Shown here in pieces: positions 10,548 through 22,032 of a stretch of 46,400 nucleotides of DNA (positions are counted from its first letter, which is position 1; each line of letters opens with the position of its first letter). The translations under genes were made by a program, and so were the position numbers. The notes beneath the pieces were generated by a model. It was not told the origin of the DNA. It saw only the letters and a list, made by a program, of their open reading frames with translations, and made no database searches. Source of the DNA: Octopus bimaculoides. Lineage: Eukaryota. The stretch is taken from contig NC_068985.1 in NCBI RefSeq assembly GCF_001194135.2, positions 8,747,238 through 8,793,637 of the forward strand, given 5' to 3'.

Positions 10548-10912
10548 GCGCAAATGTGACTGTGTAGCAAAAAGCTTGGTTTCCAAACCACAGGGTTCCG
10601 GGTTCAGTCCCACTGCATGGTAATTTGAGTAAGTATCTTCTGGTATAGTTGGGCCGACCAAAGCTTCGTGAATGGTTTTTGTTGAAAGTATGTATGTGTG
10701 TGTCTTTGTGTCTGTGTTTGACCCCACTACTGCTTAACGATCGGTATTGGTGTGGATACGTCTTCGTAACTTAGAAGTTCGGCAAAAGGCCGATGGAAAA
10801 AGTACCGGGCTTAAAAAAAAGTAATGGGGGTTAATTCATTCGACTAAAAAATTCTTCAAGTTGGTGCCCCAGCAAGGCTGTAGTCTAATGAATAAACCAA
10901 TTAAAAGATAAA
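10548..10912 (+). mobile_element. SINE family A
   Basis: Head GGTTCCGGGTTCAGTCCCACTGC, GGCCGACCAAAGC, short TG tract, GTTCGGCAAAAG, CCCCAGCA tail. Confidence 0.8.
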
Positions 10913-10973
10913 CGAGAATTGATAAACTGAATTTAATCTTACGACTTTGAATCTCTAGAAGTAAGAATGAATT

Positions 10974-11279
10974 GAAGTAAGAATTGAAATTCTCTCAAAT
11001 TCCACTGAATTCTTAGAAAAAGCCAAACGCTTTTGGAAACGGATACAGGTGGTCTAAGAATCTTTGATTCCCAACCAACATGAAGTAAGAATTGAAATTC
11101 TTTCAAATTTCACTGAATTCCTAGAAAAAAGCCAAAGGCTTTAGGAGACGGATACAGGTCGTCCGAGAATCTTGGGCGCCCAACCAACATGAAGCATGAA
11201 TTAAACTTTTCTCAAATTCCGCTGAATTTCTAGAAAACGCCAAAGGCTTTAGGAGACGGATACAGGTGTTCCGAGAATC
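10974..11279 (+). repeat. 108-bp-unit minisatellite, ~2.8 copies
   Basis: Units start at 10974, 11082 and 11191 (GAAG.A.GAATT.AA..TT.TCAAATT.C.CTGAATT..TAGAAAA.GCCAAA.GCTTT.GGA.ACGGATACAGGT..TC..AGAATC..CCCAACCAACAT). Confidence 0.95.
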
Positions 11280-11525
11280 GCGAAACTTCGGCACGAAGAA
11301 ACAAGTCTGTGGAAGGTATAGTGTGGATGATCAGCAGATATAATGTGATCAGCAGGTAGAGTGTGGAGGATCCATTGAATTCTCTACTCCTTCCACGCTA
11401 CTGATGCTGTCCAAGGGAAAGGCGAAACTGATACAGCTTGACGTCTGTGTCGTCAGTTGATTTGCCTTCAGAAATCAGAGAGGTGGAAACACTATCACAG
11501 GGTTAGCGGTCAGAGATTCTAACAA

Positions 11526-12127
11526 TTCCGTTACAGCATGGGTATGTGGTAAGAAGTTCACTTCCCAACCACATGGTTGCTGGTGAGGTTTTGTTTCTTC
11601 AACCGCAGCCATCAACAGCAGCAACAACAACATCAACAACAACAAAAACAGGAGGAGGAACAACGAATTATTGTTTTTTACGTTATCACTGCGTGGCACC
11701 TTGGGTAAGTGTTCCTACTATAGGTTCATATTTGCAATTTGCAGAAAATAAAAGCCAAACACATGTGTAGGAACAACAAGTAGTTGTATTAGCTTAACTC
11801 TCGGGCATTTTGGAAAATCTTTCGAACCTACGCTCTTCGACAGAAAGGAATAAGAGGGGAAAAATGCAGAGAGAATGAAAACGACACAGAGAGAAAAATG
11901 TGTGTGTGTGTGTGTGTGTGTCACACCACCTCTGAATAACCGGTGCTATTGCGCTTCCGTTCTCGTAATGTAGCGTTTGGGTAACTGTTCTGATAGAATA
12001 AGCGCCATGCTTAAAAAGTATATAAGTACCGGAGTCGGTTCGTCCGACTAAAATATTCCTAGGAGTCTCCCCAGCATGGCCACAGTATCATGACTGAAAC
12101 AAGTAAAAAGTAAAAGATAAAAGAATA
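11526..12127 (+). mobile_element. SINE family A, interrupted by two insertions
   Basis: Head at ~11526-11575, continuation CACTGCGTGGCACCTTGGGTAAGTGT at ~11687-11725, 3' half at 11899-12127. Split by a CAG/CAA-rich tract and the PLE-like fragment. Confidence 0.7.
11725..11895 (-). mobile_element. Penelope-like terminal fragment with degenerate hammerhead-like motif
   Basis: Minus strand CTTT-CTGTCGAA-GAGC-GTAG-GTTC-GAAA, then co-linear with 34788-34880 (CCCGAG.GTTAA.CTAATAC..TTGTTGTT..ACAC.TGT). Confidence 0.7.
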
Positions 12128-12419
12128 TCTCATAATGGAACGGTCTCTTTGATGTTGAATGAAAGAAAAGACTGACTTCATTGGGAGTTTTAGAGAACGC
12201 AGAAAGCAGGAACGCACAAAACATAGTCTATCCGATGCACTGACAAATACTGGTTTTCTTTACAAATACCAAGAATATATACATTTATTCGTTTAATTTA
12301 CGCTATGGGACTCTAAAGACGGTTACCAGGGTTACATGGCGTATAAGTGACCGTGATAATAACATTCCACTTGAATGTGATGCTGGTCGTTGCAATGCCA
12401 TGAATTCAGGAGGGAAGGC

Positions 12420-12505
12420 AACAGGTCGATTACCACTACTTGTCTGGTACTTTATTTTATCGAACCCGAAGATATGAAGGGCAAAGGTGACCTTGGTGGG
12501 ATCCA
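12420..12505 (-). mobile_element. SINE family C internal fragment
   Basis: CTGGTACTTTATTTTATCGAACCCGAAGATATGAAGGGCAAAGGTGACCTTGGTGG matches the C copies at 31660-32469. Confidence 0.6.
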
Positions 12506-13020
12506 ACACACAGTGCAGTAACAAACTCTACATGGTATTCTACCCAAGGTTCCGACAATTCTATGATAAATCTGTTTTGTCTTTAAACATAGCAAGAATA
12601 TATTGGATAATGTAATCGGTGATGCTGTCGGGAGTTTTAGGAAATTAGTGATGCTCTGCGTCGTCAATAATTGATACACAACGGATTTACTGTGAGAATG
12701 TGTTACGTTAACGCTTGTGCTGACGTATTTTTGCTGAAATTTTGTTGAAATTAAATTTGGGAATCATTGAAGAATATTGAAGATAATGAAGAATAACTTT
12801 TAAAGTGGTATTTCTAACATAAAATAGCATTTTCATAGAATGTTGTAACTGAAATCACTCTAAAACGGAAAATTTGTATTATTGCATAGAAACCATTTCT
12901 GAATTAACTTACCATGAGGAGAGACAAATTCAACGCTTTGATAACTTGCCTTTTGTTGTAAAGAAAACGGAGAAAATGGTGTTGATAAAGCAAAAAAAAA
13001 AAAGAAAAAACAATAATCTG

Positions 13021-13043
13021 TTGTAGTTGTTGTTGCTATTGTT

Positions 13044-13097
<54 letters not shown>

Positions 13098-13098
13098 G
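13021..13098. repeat. (GTT)n microsatellite
   Basis: Directly visible. Confidence 0.95.
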
Positions 13099-14004
13099 AA
13101 GAAGCAAAACATTCCCTATTTAATTTACTCACAAATGGAGGGCAATAACCAAAACTGTTAGATTCTCGAACTCTTATGGCAGCTGAACTCATTTGTGAAT
13201 ATTCCGAACTTTCCTGTCTGAAGACTGTGAATTATAACTACCGGATGATTTTGGTTTAGTTTTTGGGTGGCCAGGACTCATCTGGGGTCGACAACGAAAT
13301 GAATCCTTCCCAAAAGCATTGAAGAAATGTTAACGTTGCTACCTCATCGCTGTGTGTGAGGTTAAACTTAAGGCAATAGTTCTCATATCTATGACATTCC
13401 ATCTAGTACTGTAGTTTCTAACGTGTCATTCCTAAGATACGGAACAACTTAAGCGAGGTTTCGTCGTTATTTCTAGCTTATGCAATAACCTTGTAGGTCT
13501 TCTCTTTCGTACACTTTCCCTCTTTGGTTAAAGTTATGTAATTTTATTGTTGTTTTTCTTTTAATTCATTCTGAAGTTACATACAAAAATATATTCAGAG
13601 AGCGAACCATTTTTGAAAATATGAGCAATTGTTAACCTTTCTCCCCGTTTTTGCTTTATAGCAATTTATTATTGTGAAGAAATGCAGTAAATCACACTAA
13701 ATGATTGCCAAATACATTTAGTAATTCATGTTCGATTATCGATTGGAACAGCTTCACTTACTTACAGATATTAAATTAGTAGTAAAATATTTAATGCATT
13801 ACGTACGTAGAGGTTAATTAGTAATAAATATAAGGCGAACACAGAGCAAAAATGCAATTCAATGATAATAATATATTGATTTCTTAGACAGTAAAGGAAA
13901 TAACAGCGGACTCGTTTTGGGCTCCTAAACTTCATAAGCACGGCTCTTCAGTATACTTGCCGATATAAAAGCATATATGAATAAGAAAATGTAAGAAATT
14001 GTAC

Positions 14005-14340
14005 ATTTATTCATCCATTAATACATACATACATTCTCCTCCGCCCATTTCTCTTGGAGAGTCGTGGGAATAGAATATCCAAGCATCTCCCTCATAAAGT
14101 TCTATCAGTAGAAAACCGCCATTACATTTTCCGGTTGGGTTCTCAAGCGTAGCCAACTGAGACTATGGATATCATCCAACTACCTCGTCCTTAATCAACC
14201 CCTACGTCTCCTGCCAGTTGGCTCGGCTCCTAGAATCCATCACAGTAGTACCAGGGCTGTGACCTCTCGATAACGAAAAGCAGTGGCTCGACCTGGTCAG
14301 ATTTCTTCATCTCCGAATTACACTACCTATCGCATAAAGT
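14005..14340 (-). mobile_element. 3' end of an RTE-clade (Rex3/Expander-like) LINE
   Basis: Minus strand: VEPLLFVIERS.., EPTGRRRRG*LRTR*LDDIHSLSWLRL.., RTL*..LFPRLSKRNG, followed by an ATGT/GATG-type simple tail. Confidence 0.7.
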
Positions 14341-14576
14341 TATTACAAAGAAGTTTCAGAGGAGCCACATTTATTGATGTTGCAAATTATTTATACGAAT
14401 TATACCTAGATATGATACAACTATTTCCATTCTAACTCGACATTTGAGGGCTTCTTATATAAATGACAACTTCTTAATTCTGGTTTCAATTGATTCTCTG
14501 GCAGAATAGCATTCTATTTATGCCATTAATACAATGCACGTAGAGATGCACTTAGTAGGAATAAGAACTCGAGGGT

Positions 14577-14599
14577 TTTATATATATATATATATTTAT

Positions 14600-14664
<65 letters not shown>

Positions 14665-14670
14665 TATACT
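14577..14670. repeat. (TA)n microsatellite
   Basis: Directly visible. Confidence 0.95.
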
Positions 14671-14802
14671 GTATATAAAAGTTAAATAATGAGGGTAGAG
14701 AAGAATATTAATTAATTAATATCAATTTAAAACAGTGGCCTCGCATATTTAAAAGATCCGAAAATTAAGAAGTTATATTACGTACATATATAAGAGGAAT
14801 AG

Positions 14803-14925
14803 CCACCAAGGTGGATTCCTAATATGCTAGAAAAAGACACTAAATCGTCTTACCATAAAGAACAAATTCTTCGGGTAAGACGATTTAGCACCTTCTTCTA
14901 GCATATTAGGAATCCACTTTGGTGG
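14803..14925. repeat. Long palindrome, 52-bp arms, 19-nt loop
   Basis: 14803-14854 versus reverse complement of 14874-14925: 5 mismatches in 52. The loop holds a further AAGAA/TTCTT pair. Confidence 0.95.
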
Positions 14926-15165
14926 TTGTATAAGGATTGTTTAATGATGATGAACAAAACAGCCATGATTCTTGAGGTGAATTATTCAAACCCCAAAAGA
15001 TTTCTTCTCAAAACATGGCTACAATGCTTCCCCACTACTTCTGCTCGTGATCAGAGATACACATATCGTCAGTCACTAAGGGACATGTCAAACAACTGAC
15101 AAGCAAATCTATGGTTTTCAGCAGAATATTTGTTGTAGCCCGTTTTTTTTTTCTACCAAAACGTC

Positions 15166-16620
15166 TTATTTTTATATAGTGCTTTCACTGCACTACCGAG
15201 CGCAGCTCTGAGTGCCTTCGGTAAATGCTGTGGTTGGTTTTTGAGCTGTTGTTTTCACTGTATTGAAAGTGCTTTACGCAGTACGTGCGCGGTGCTATTT
15301 TCCGTATGTTATATACATTCACAAGTCCTGCTGTTTTGGTTATGTAGTTGTCTGAAAGTTTTTTAATCATACCTAATCATCTATTATCATAGGGAGTGTT
15401 TCTGATTTTAGGCTCCACATTCAAGTTGCTTCTATTTCCAGGTCTTTATATTTTGAGAGTTTCTCCGTTTGTTTTAGCGATAAATTTTCATCTGTTTGCA
15501 TTGATACATCGATTAGAAGGCATTTTTTTGTGGTGATCTTTGACAACTATATCGGGTCAATTAACCTTGATCTCCCTATCTGTATGTATTGGTATATCTC
15601 AGAGTATGGTTGCTTTGCTATTTTTTGAGATCTTTTTAAGAGTGTATTTATACCATCTTTTTTCCGTTCCCATTTCATAGCTTCCTGTGTATATAGGTAA
15701 AAAAATCTGTCATGTCTGTGGATATATTCCTTCTCCGCCAAGACTGAGCAGCCAGAGAGAATATAATTTATTGTTTCTTTTCCATCACTACATATTCTGG
15801 AGTTACTTGAATTTTTCTTCATTATGTGTTTCCGATGATTTCTGGTGAGGAAGCTTTGATCTTGTGTTGTAATTAAAAATCCTTCAGTCTCTACTTTGAG
15901 TCCTGAGCTTCTTCAGGCATTGTTGGGATTTTACTTTGTCTATTTATTTTCTGTTTAGCTCATACCAATATTTACCATGTAATAGCTTTTCATCCCACCG
16001 TTTTATCATGATATTGTTTATTTAGTTTATTTTACTGCTGTTTTTTTTTTGTTTCCTCTTTTTCTTCATAGTTGTCAGGTACTCTAACTTGTATTTTATA
16101 CTATGACTTGTTTCTTGTATTTTTCAGCTTCATTAAACACAGAAAACAGTATTTTTTCTTTTGTTCGTGTCTTGTGACTATTTATATCAGCTTTCTTTGC
16201 TTCTGAATTAGGTATTTTTGTAGTCCTATGGTGGTTATTTTGTAATAGTTTTCTAGTTGTATAAGACCTCTACCACCTTCCATGCGTTGTATATATATAA
16301 CCTTTCTATGTCAGAATTTCGTTGGTGCATCCTAAATTCTGTAATTATTTTTCTTCTTTCCCCGTCTATTTTGTTAAGTTCATTTAGGATCCAGTTAAGA
16401 TTATTGCAGCTGTAACTTATAACTGGGACGGCTAGAGTTTTTATACCTATTATCGTGTTCTTTTGCACTCACCTCTGTTTTAAGTATTAATCTAACTCAT
16501 CTATAGTATTCCTTTCTCATCTTCTCTTTAATTTGTGTGTGTAGTATTGTATTTAGTTCATTGATTCTTAAGTGTTTGCATGTCTGGCTTTCGTCTAATT
16601 CTCTGATTTCATTTGTTTTA
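15166..16620 (-). mobile_element. 5'-truncated, decayed R4/Dong-like (RLE) non-LTR retrotransposon, local family 1
   Basis: Minus strand: KEKMRKEYYR.VRLILKTE; KTLAVPVISYS..WILNELNKID..RKII..SDIERLY; zinc-knuckle region ETINYILSGCSVLAEKEYIHRHD; GMIKK..AHVLRKALSIQ* (stop 15255-15257); then 3' UTR. Confidence 0.9.
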
Positions 16621-16701
16621 TCTAGTGTGATATTATTTCAATTTTAAGGAATTGTATTTTTCTTGTTTTGTTTTTCGTCCTCTTTCTTTACGATTCTGGA
16701 A

Positions 16702-16850
16702 TTATTTATTATTATTATTGTTCAGTAGTTTTATTTTTATAACGTGCTTTCACTTCACTACGGAGCGCAGCTCTGTGCGCCTTGGGTATGTGCTGTGGTT
16801 TGCTGTGATGCTCTTATGGTTACTGTATTGAAAGTGTTTTGCGTAGGATG
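16702..16850 (-). mobile_element. Extreme 3' end of the family 1 RLE LINE with (AAT)n tail
   Basis: Last codons ILRKTLSIQ*, a 3' UTR matching 15166-15281, then AATAATAAT. Confidence 0.88.
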
Positions 16851-16962
16851 GGAGTAAGAGTGAGAGAAAGTTGTGGTGGAAGAGTACAGCAGGGTTCTCC
16901 ACCATCCCCTGTCGGAGCCTTGTGGAGCTTTAGGTGATTTCGCTCAATAAACACTCACAACG
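16851..16962 (-). mobile_element. SINE family B middle segment (head and tail missing)
   Basis: Near-identical to part of 19295-19685 (CGTTGTGAGTGTTTATTGAGCG..CTTTCTCTCACTCTTACT). Confidence 0.92.
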
Positions 16963-17105
16963 AGGTCGATTTTGCCTTTCGTTCTTTCTGGATCGATAAA
17001 ATAAGTACCAGTGAAATCCTAGGGTCGATGTAATCGACTAGTCCCCTCCCCATAAAGTTTGAGGCCGTAAGCCTCCGGTAGATTAGATTATTATTATTAT
17101 TATTA
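16963..17105 (+). mobile_element. SINE family C, headless 3' part with (ATT)n tail
   Basis: AGGTCGATTTTGCCTTTC..GATAAAATAAGTACCAGT..GGGTCGATGTAATCGACTAGTCCCCTCCCC, then ATT repeats. Confidence 0.8.
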
Positions 17106-17352
17106 TTATCATCATAATTACCATCAACATAATTAATTGTCGTCGTCGTCGCCATCGTCGTCGTCGTCGTCATCGTTGTTGTAGTTTTGTTTTCCATGGC
17201 GGTTGGTGAACTGTGGATTCTCTCGGGTCTGACATTCGAATACTGGATTTCTGACAATTTCAATATACCAAGTGATTTTGTTCGAAAAGCACGCGCCTTT
17301 TGGTTCCGTTACCAATGTGGATACTCTTCAGCAATTTAAATTGATACACGCA

Positions 17353-17395
<43 letters not shown>

Positions 17396-17959
17396 ACGTA
17401 ATTTCATTCTGTAATATTTTGATTAGTTCCAGAGATAATTCTGTTTGTTATTTTCAGAAGAAATCTCTTCACAACTAATTAGTTGTAACAGGTTCAGTTA
17501 CATGAACTGAACCATTACGAAAGAAAAGAATATAACACACAGTAATTCCTAAAATCTTCCAAGTATTCAATAATTTACTCTGTAAGTGTGAGAACAATAT
17601 ATGTGCGCATATGTCTGTGTGCGCGCACATGTGCGTGGGCGTATGTCTCTGTGTGCGGGCGTGCATACATAAGTCGATACACATGCATTACACATATGCA
17701 CATAATCTCTCGAAGTTTCGAAATTCTTCTATACATATATATATAAATATAATATACAGACTGTTCTCGTTAATAAGGACGAAATTCTAAAATGAATGCA
17801 GAAAAAATTGTGGTATTTGCTTCCTATTATGGTAACGTATGTTTTATATTACACAAAACCTGTGTTGGAATCCCAAACCAAGGGTAGTCTTCAAATGTGT
17901 TTTTATCTAATGACATTCAATCCAATAGTCTGCATGCTATCAGTTGTAGCTTTATTTAC

Positions 17960-18660
17960 TTCGCTTTCCACTGCAATCTCTAGGTGCAACCGCATGTGTT
18001 TGTTATGTTTCTGTGGAAGACATCACGCATGTCATTAGCAGCTGTGCTCAAATGTCGTCACGGTGCTACCTCCCTATACGATACGATGTTGTCGCTAAAA
18101 CAATTTACATTGCCATCCGCAAAAAAGACTGTCCTGGAATAAATTTAGAAAATACCTCTGTTATGGAATACATATATAAACACCAACTCAAAGAATACTA
18201 GTGGAATATTATGATCAAAACGTCTGTCAAATGTAAGCTTAGCAGGCCGGATATTGTTGTTTGGGACAGAAAGGGCAAATGTACGTACCGTCATACAGGT
18301 CAGCTGCCCTACAGGTATAAATATCTCTTTGAAAATCAAAGAAAAAGAGGATATCTATGGACAACGGCTTCGAAACTTCCAGCTTCTATATCCAGACTAT
18401 GAATTCATATTCATATCAATAATAATTGGAGCATTAGGTTTTGTTAGTAAATGATTTTCAGAAAGAGAAACTGTCCGGCTGATTCGTACATTACAAATCG
18501 ATTCTGTGGGTGGAACAGTAAAAATATGCAAGACTTTTCTCAAGTTTCAAATGTGAATTTGTCTGAGTTGACTGCATCCCAAAGATAGAACCTTGCATTT
18601 TGTTGGAAACCGGCGCCCTCTTCAGTGGAAGACTTATAATAATTAAAAATAGAAGAGACT
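17960..18660 (+). mobile_element. 3' part of an RLE non-LTR retrotransposon, local family 2
   Basis: C..C..EDITHVISSC..MSSRCYLPIRYDVVAK; RPDIVVWDR; VSCP..NISLKIKEKEDIY; IIIGALGFVSK; GTVKICKTFLKFQM*; 3' UTR shared with 38114-38366. Confidence 0.9.
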
Positions 18661-18688
18661 TACATACATACATACATACATACATACA
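18661..18688. repeat. (TACA)7 at the LINE 3' end
   Basis: Perfect tract directly after the 3' UTR. Confidence 0.95.
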
Positions 18689-18838
18689 TGTTCTCCTTTT
18701 AAATTTGACCAGTCACCCATTTGGTAGCAAGGCTGTGGAGTAAAAAACCTTGTTTTAATCATCATACTTTAAATCTTAAGGTCTTGCGGGTTTTTATAGT
18801 CCCAGATGTGATCAGTTGCAGCATATAGATTAAGTATT

Positions 18839-18840
<2 letters not shown>

Positions 18841-18895
<55 letters not shown>
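18841..18895. repeat. (CT)n microsatellite
   Basis: Directly visible. Confidence 0.97.
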
Positions 18896-18897
<2 letters not shown>

Positions 18898-19294
18898 AAG
18901 ATCCCAAATTCAGCCATACTTTGTTCCAGACGGATTGGTATGTATCCCGTTGCTCCGATAATGATAGATATGAAACTGAAAGTATATCTTGGTAAATGGA
19001 TTTACAAACACCTTATCAATGGGCCATAAATGTCTTCTTTCTCTTGTATTTCTCTAATTACAAAGGTGCCTGGGGGTTGGGAAGATCATTTCCACAAAAG
19101 AGCGTGTGCTTTTCTTTTGGGTCCACTAGGTTGCGCTTTAACTTAATGGTTATTTTAATTTTTAAAGATCAAATCTTTAACTAATATTACGGATTTAACG
19201 TTTGTATATCGCTGAAAGGTCAGAGACTGCAGATTTGTCTCGGAATTGGTGTTGGTGATGATTCTGTTGTTTAGCATCCTCTACAATCTAAATT

Positions 19295-19685
19295 GGAGGT
19301 GCAATGGCCCAGTGGTTAGGGCAGCGGACTCGCGGTCATACGATCGCGGTTACGATTCGCAGACCGGGGGCGTTGTGAGTGTTTATTGAGCGAAAACACC
19401 TAAAGCTCCACGAGGCTCCGACAGGGGATGGTGGCGAACCCTGCTGTACTCTTTCACCACAACTTTCTCTCACTCTTACTTCCTGTTTCTATTGTGCCTG
19501 TAATTCAAAGGGTCAGCCTTGTCACACTATGTGTCACGCTGAATATCCCCGAGAACTACGTTAAGGGTACACGTGTCTGTGGAGTGCTCAGCCACTGGCT
19601 CGTTAATTTCACGAGCAGGCTGTTCCGTTGATCGGATCAACTGGAACCTTCGGCGTCGTAAGCGACGGAGTGCCAACAACAACAA
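19295..19685 (+). mobile_element. SINE family B, full length, (AAC)n tail
   Basis: Box A TGGCCCAGTGG, box B-like GGTTACGATTCG; co-linear with 1864-2237. Confidence 0.92.
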
Positions 19686-20890
19686 TGCCCATCTCGTATT
19701 TTGTTTCTTCAAGTATAATTTGGTCTGCACTACATTATCCATTGCGTTCTTTTCTTTTCAAACAAATTGTATCTTAAAGGAAATTGGCTGATATTTCAAG
19801 CGACCACATCGAGATCAGCGTCCTGTTTCATAAACCTGTTAGTAGAGCAAAACACGAAGGGAAACGTAATAGACTAATATTGTTCAAGAGGGTTGATATT
19901 TGTCAGAGTCTGTCAAGTTTGGTTCTGGAAGGTTATAGAAATAATGAGAGAACGAGACAATGTTGTTTTGAATGGGTTTCACTATTGTCATTTTGTTCTT
20001 AGGAAAATGAAGGAAGACATGTTTGAAATATAAGAGCATATTAAAAGGAAAATGGAGCAGTGTTATAAATTCTTCCACCTCATGAATAATTTATCTTTGG
20101 TTCGGCTTTTGCTATTATGACGAGATCGTTTATTCAAGCTTATTCATTTTATGGCGCAGTCTGTCATCTTTTGTATCTACTGCTCCTGAAATCTTCCTAA
20201 CGCACATTTAGGATCCATATTAACCAGCAAGCTTCGTAATTTGTCACCGAATATAAACTATAAAGAACTGAATCTATAATTGCCTGATATAGAAAATCTC
20301 TAAATTCAAGATAAAAAAATCCGATTACTTTCAAATCAATCACATTATTTCACTCCTGAAGAGAATTTTTTTTTTCTTTAACTTTTTAAGTCACGTTAGT
20401 AAATCAGGGTTTTTTGGCTATCTGGATAATAAATTAAAATCCCTGACATTAACTCAATAAGACGCATACCATGAAACAACTTTCGCATTTATCTTACTTA
20501 ACGAATATCAACGTAAAGCATTAGCACACATTTCATGGCTTAAGTTCTTCATTACTCTAAACCAAATGACGTCGTGGAAGCATTACCGCAACTATTACAG
20601 AATATACAAAAATGGTTACACTCACTTTTCATTTATTTCTTAATCGTATAGTTACGAAGCGCCAATAACGTTTCGCCGCAGTACAGCAATCTGGTGATTG
20701 ACATCTTTCAGCTCCAGCTGTGCTCAGATCCAAGAAGAAAAATGCAATGTTTTGTGAGAGTATTAAATGTATCAGAGTTTGTGAATTTTGTTGAATGTAA
20801 TAAAATTATTGTTCCGTGAAGAAATTCTTTCATTTTCTACTTATAATTTCAGGTGAAATCACTTGCGAAAAATATTACCTTCGTTATAAC

Positions 20891-21138
20891 TTTACCTTTT
20901 ACCTTTAATTGCTACAGTCATTAGACTGCGATCATGCTGGAATGCTACTTTAAGGAATTTTTAGTCGAACGAACCGACAGCAACATTTTTTAAGCCTGTT
21001 GCTTATTCTATTGGTCTCTTTCGCCGAATTGCTAGGTTACAGAGACGTAGACAAACAGCGTTTGTCAAGCAGTAGTGGGGACAAACACAGACACAAAGAC
21101 ACACGCATACATAGATATATACATACATACATACATGC

Positions 21139-21179
<41 letters not shown>

Positions 21180-21367
21180 CTTACATATGTATACATATAT
21201 GTACGATAGTACGACGGGCTTCCTACAGTTTCCGTTACCAAATCCACTGACAAGGTTTTAGTCGGCCCGAGGTTATAGTAAAAGACACTTGCTGAAGATG
21301 CCACGCAGTGTGACTGAGCTCGGATCCATGTGGTGAGGACATGGTTTCTTTCTGCATAGTCACACCT
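20891..21367 (-). mobile_element. SINE family A with internal TACA/TA tract
   Basis: Reverse complement carries the family A head, body and tail. Confidence 0.85.
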
Positions 21368-21884
21368 AGAAGTGGAGAATAGTGCCATATGTGTTAGAAT
21401 GGTTAAATGGCCTCTTCTGTCGTTGTCCTGCGGAGTGCTAATCGCCTCTCCTTCTACCATAAATATCATTTTAGCTGAGGATGAATAGTGCTGGGTAGTA
21501 AATATATTATATTGTATTTTGTTAAGGAGCTACATATTTAGTAGAAGTTTTGTGTAAATTTTGACTTCTATTTTGACTTCCAAATGTTGTTGGAAATTTG
21601 CAGTGAAACCTGATACATACATGTATGCTCTTTTCAATCTTTCATAATAATTTCTCAACATAAGAAAAAAAAGAGCACTCAGGTGTCGCAAACATCCGCC
21701 AGGGCAACACCAACGTCCTCTCAACGATTAGCTGGAGATGATCTTTTTAAAATGAGAATATCTGAAATGAACTCGACTGTTTTCACAAAGGGGAATACTA
21801 AGAATGAAACCGTTTGCTCTCAAAAATTAAGTAAAAAAACAGGAAAAATCATCCAGAATCCTTGTCCAGTACTGAATTGATCTC

Positions 21885-22032
21885 AAAATCGAGTCAGTCC
21901 GTGCCAGTCACGAGGCCAAACATCCTTGAAAATTTCATCCGAATCCATCCAGCGGTTCTTGAGATATTTTATCCACAGACAAACAAACACGACTGAAAAT
22001 TATACCTCCGCCTTCGCTAAGGTGAAGGTAAT
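21885..22032 (-). mobile_element. Possible non-autonomous Helentron-type (HINE/DINE-1-like) terminus
   Basis: Hairpin TACCTCCGCCTT-CGCT-AAGGTGAAGGTA (22003-22030) next to TT, followed on the minus strand by GTTTGTTTGTCTGT..ATCTCAAGAACCGCTGGATGGATTCGGATGAAATTTTC. Resemblance is from recalled architecture only. Confidence 0.5.

Noticed and set aside
10974-11279. CRISPR-like periodicity (also 31326-31408)
   Set aside because: Contiguous tandem units with no unique spacers, eukaryotic context and no cas genes.
11401-11437. CTGATGCTGTCCAAGGGAAAGGCGAAACTGATAC as a hammerhead
   Set aside because: A9 is missing, there is no proper stem II/III or stem I, and it is more likely a fragment of another SINE tail.
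13100-13400. Mariner-like transposase trace on the minus strand (FLQCFWEGFISLSTPDESW)
   Set aside because: A single weak motif, with no WVPH/YSPDL or TIRs.
19770-19860. Minus-strand acceptor ..CTACTAACAG| followed by FMKQDADLDVVA* as a terminal exon
   Set aside because: Very short, no recognisable homology and no partner exons.
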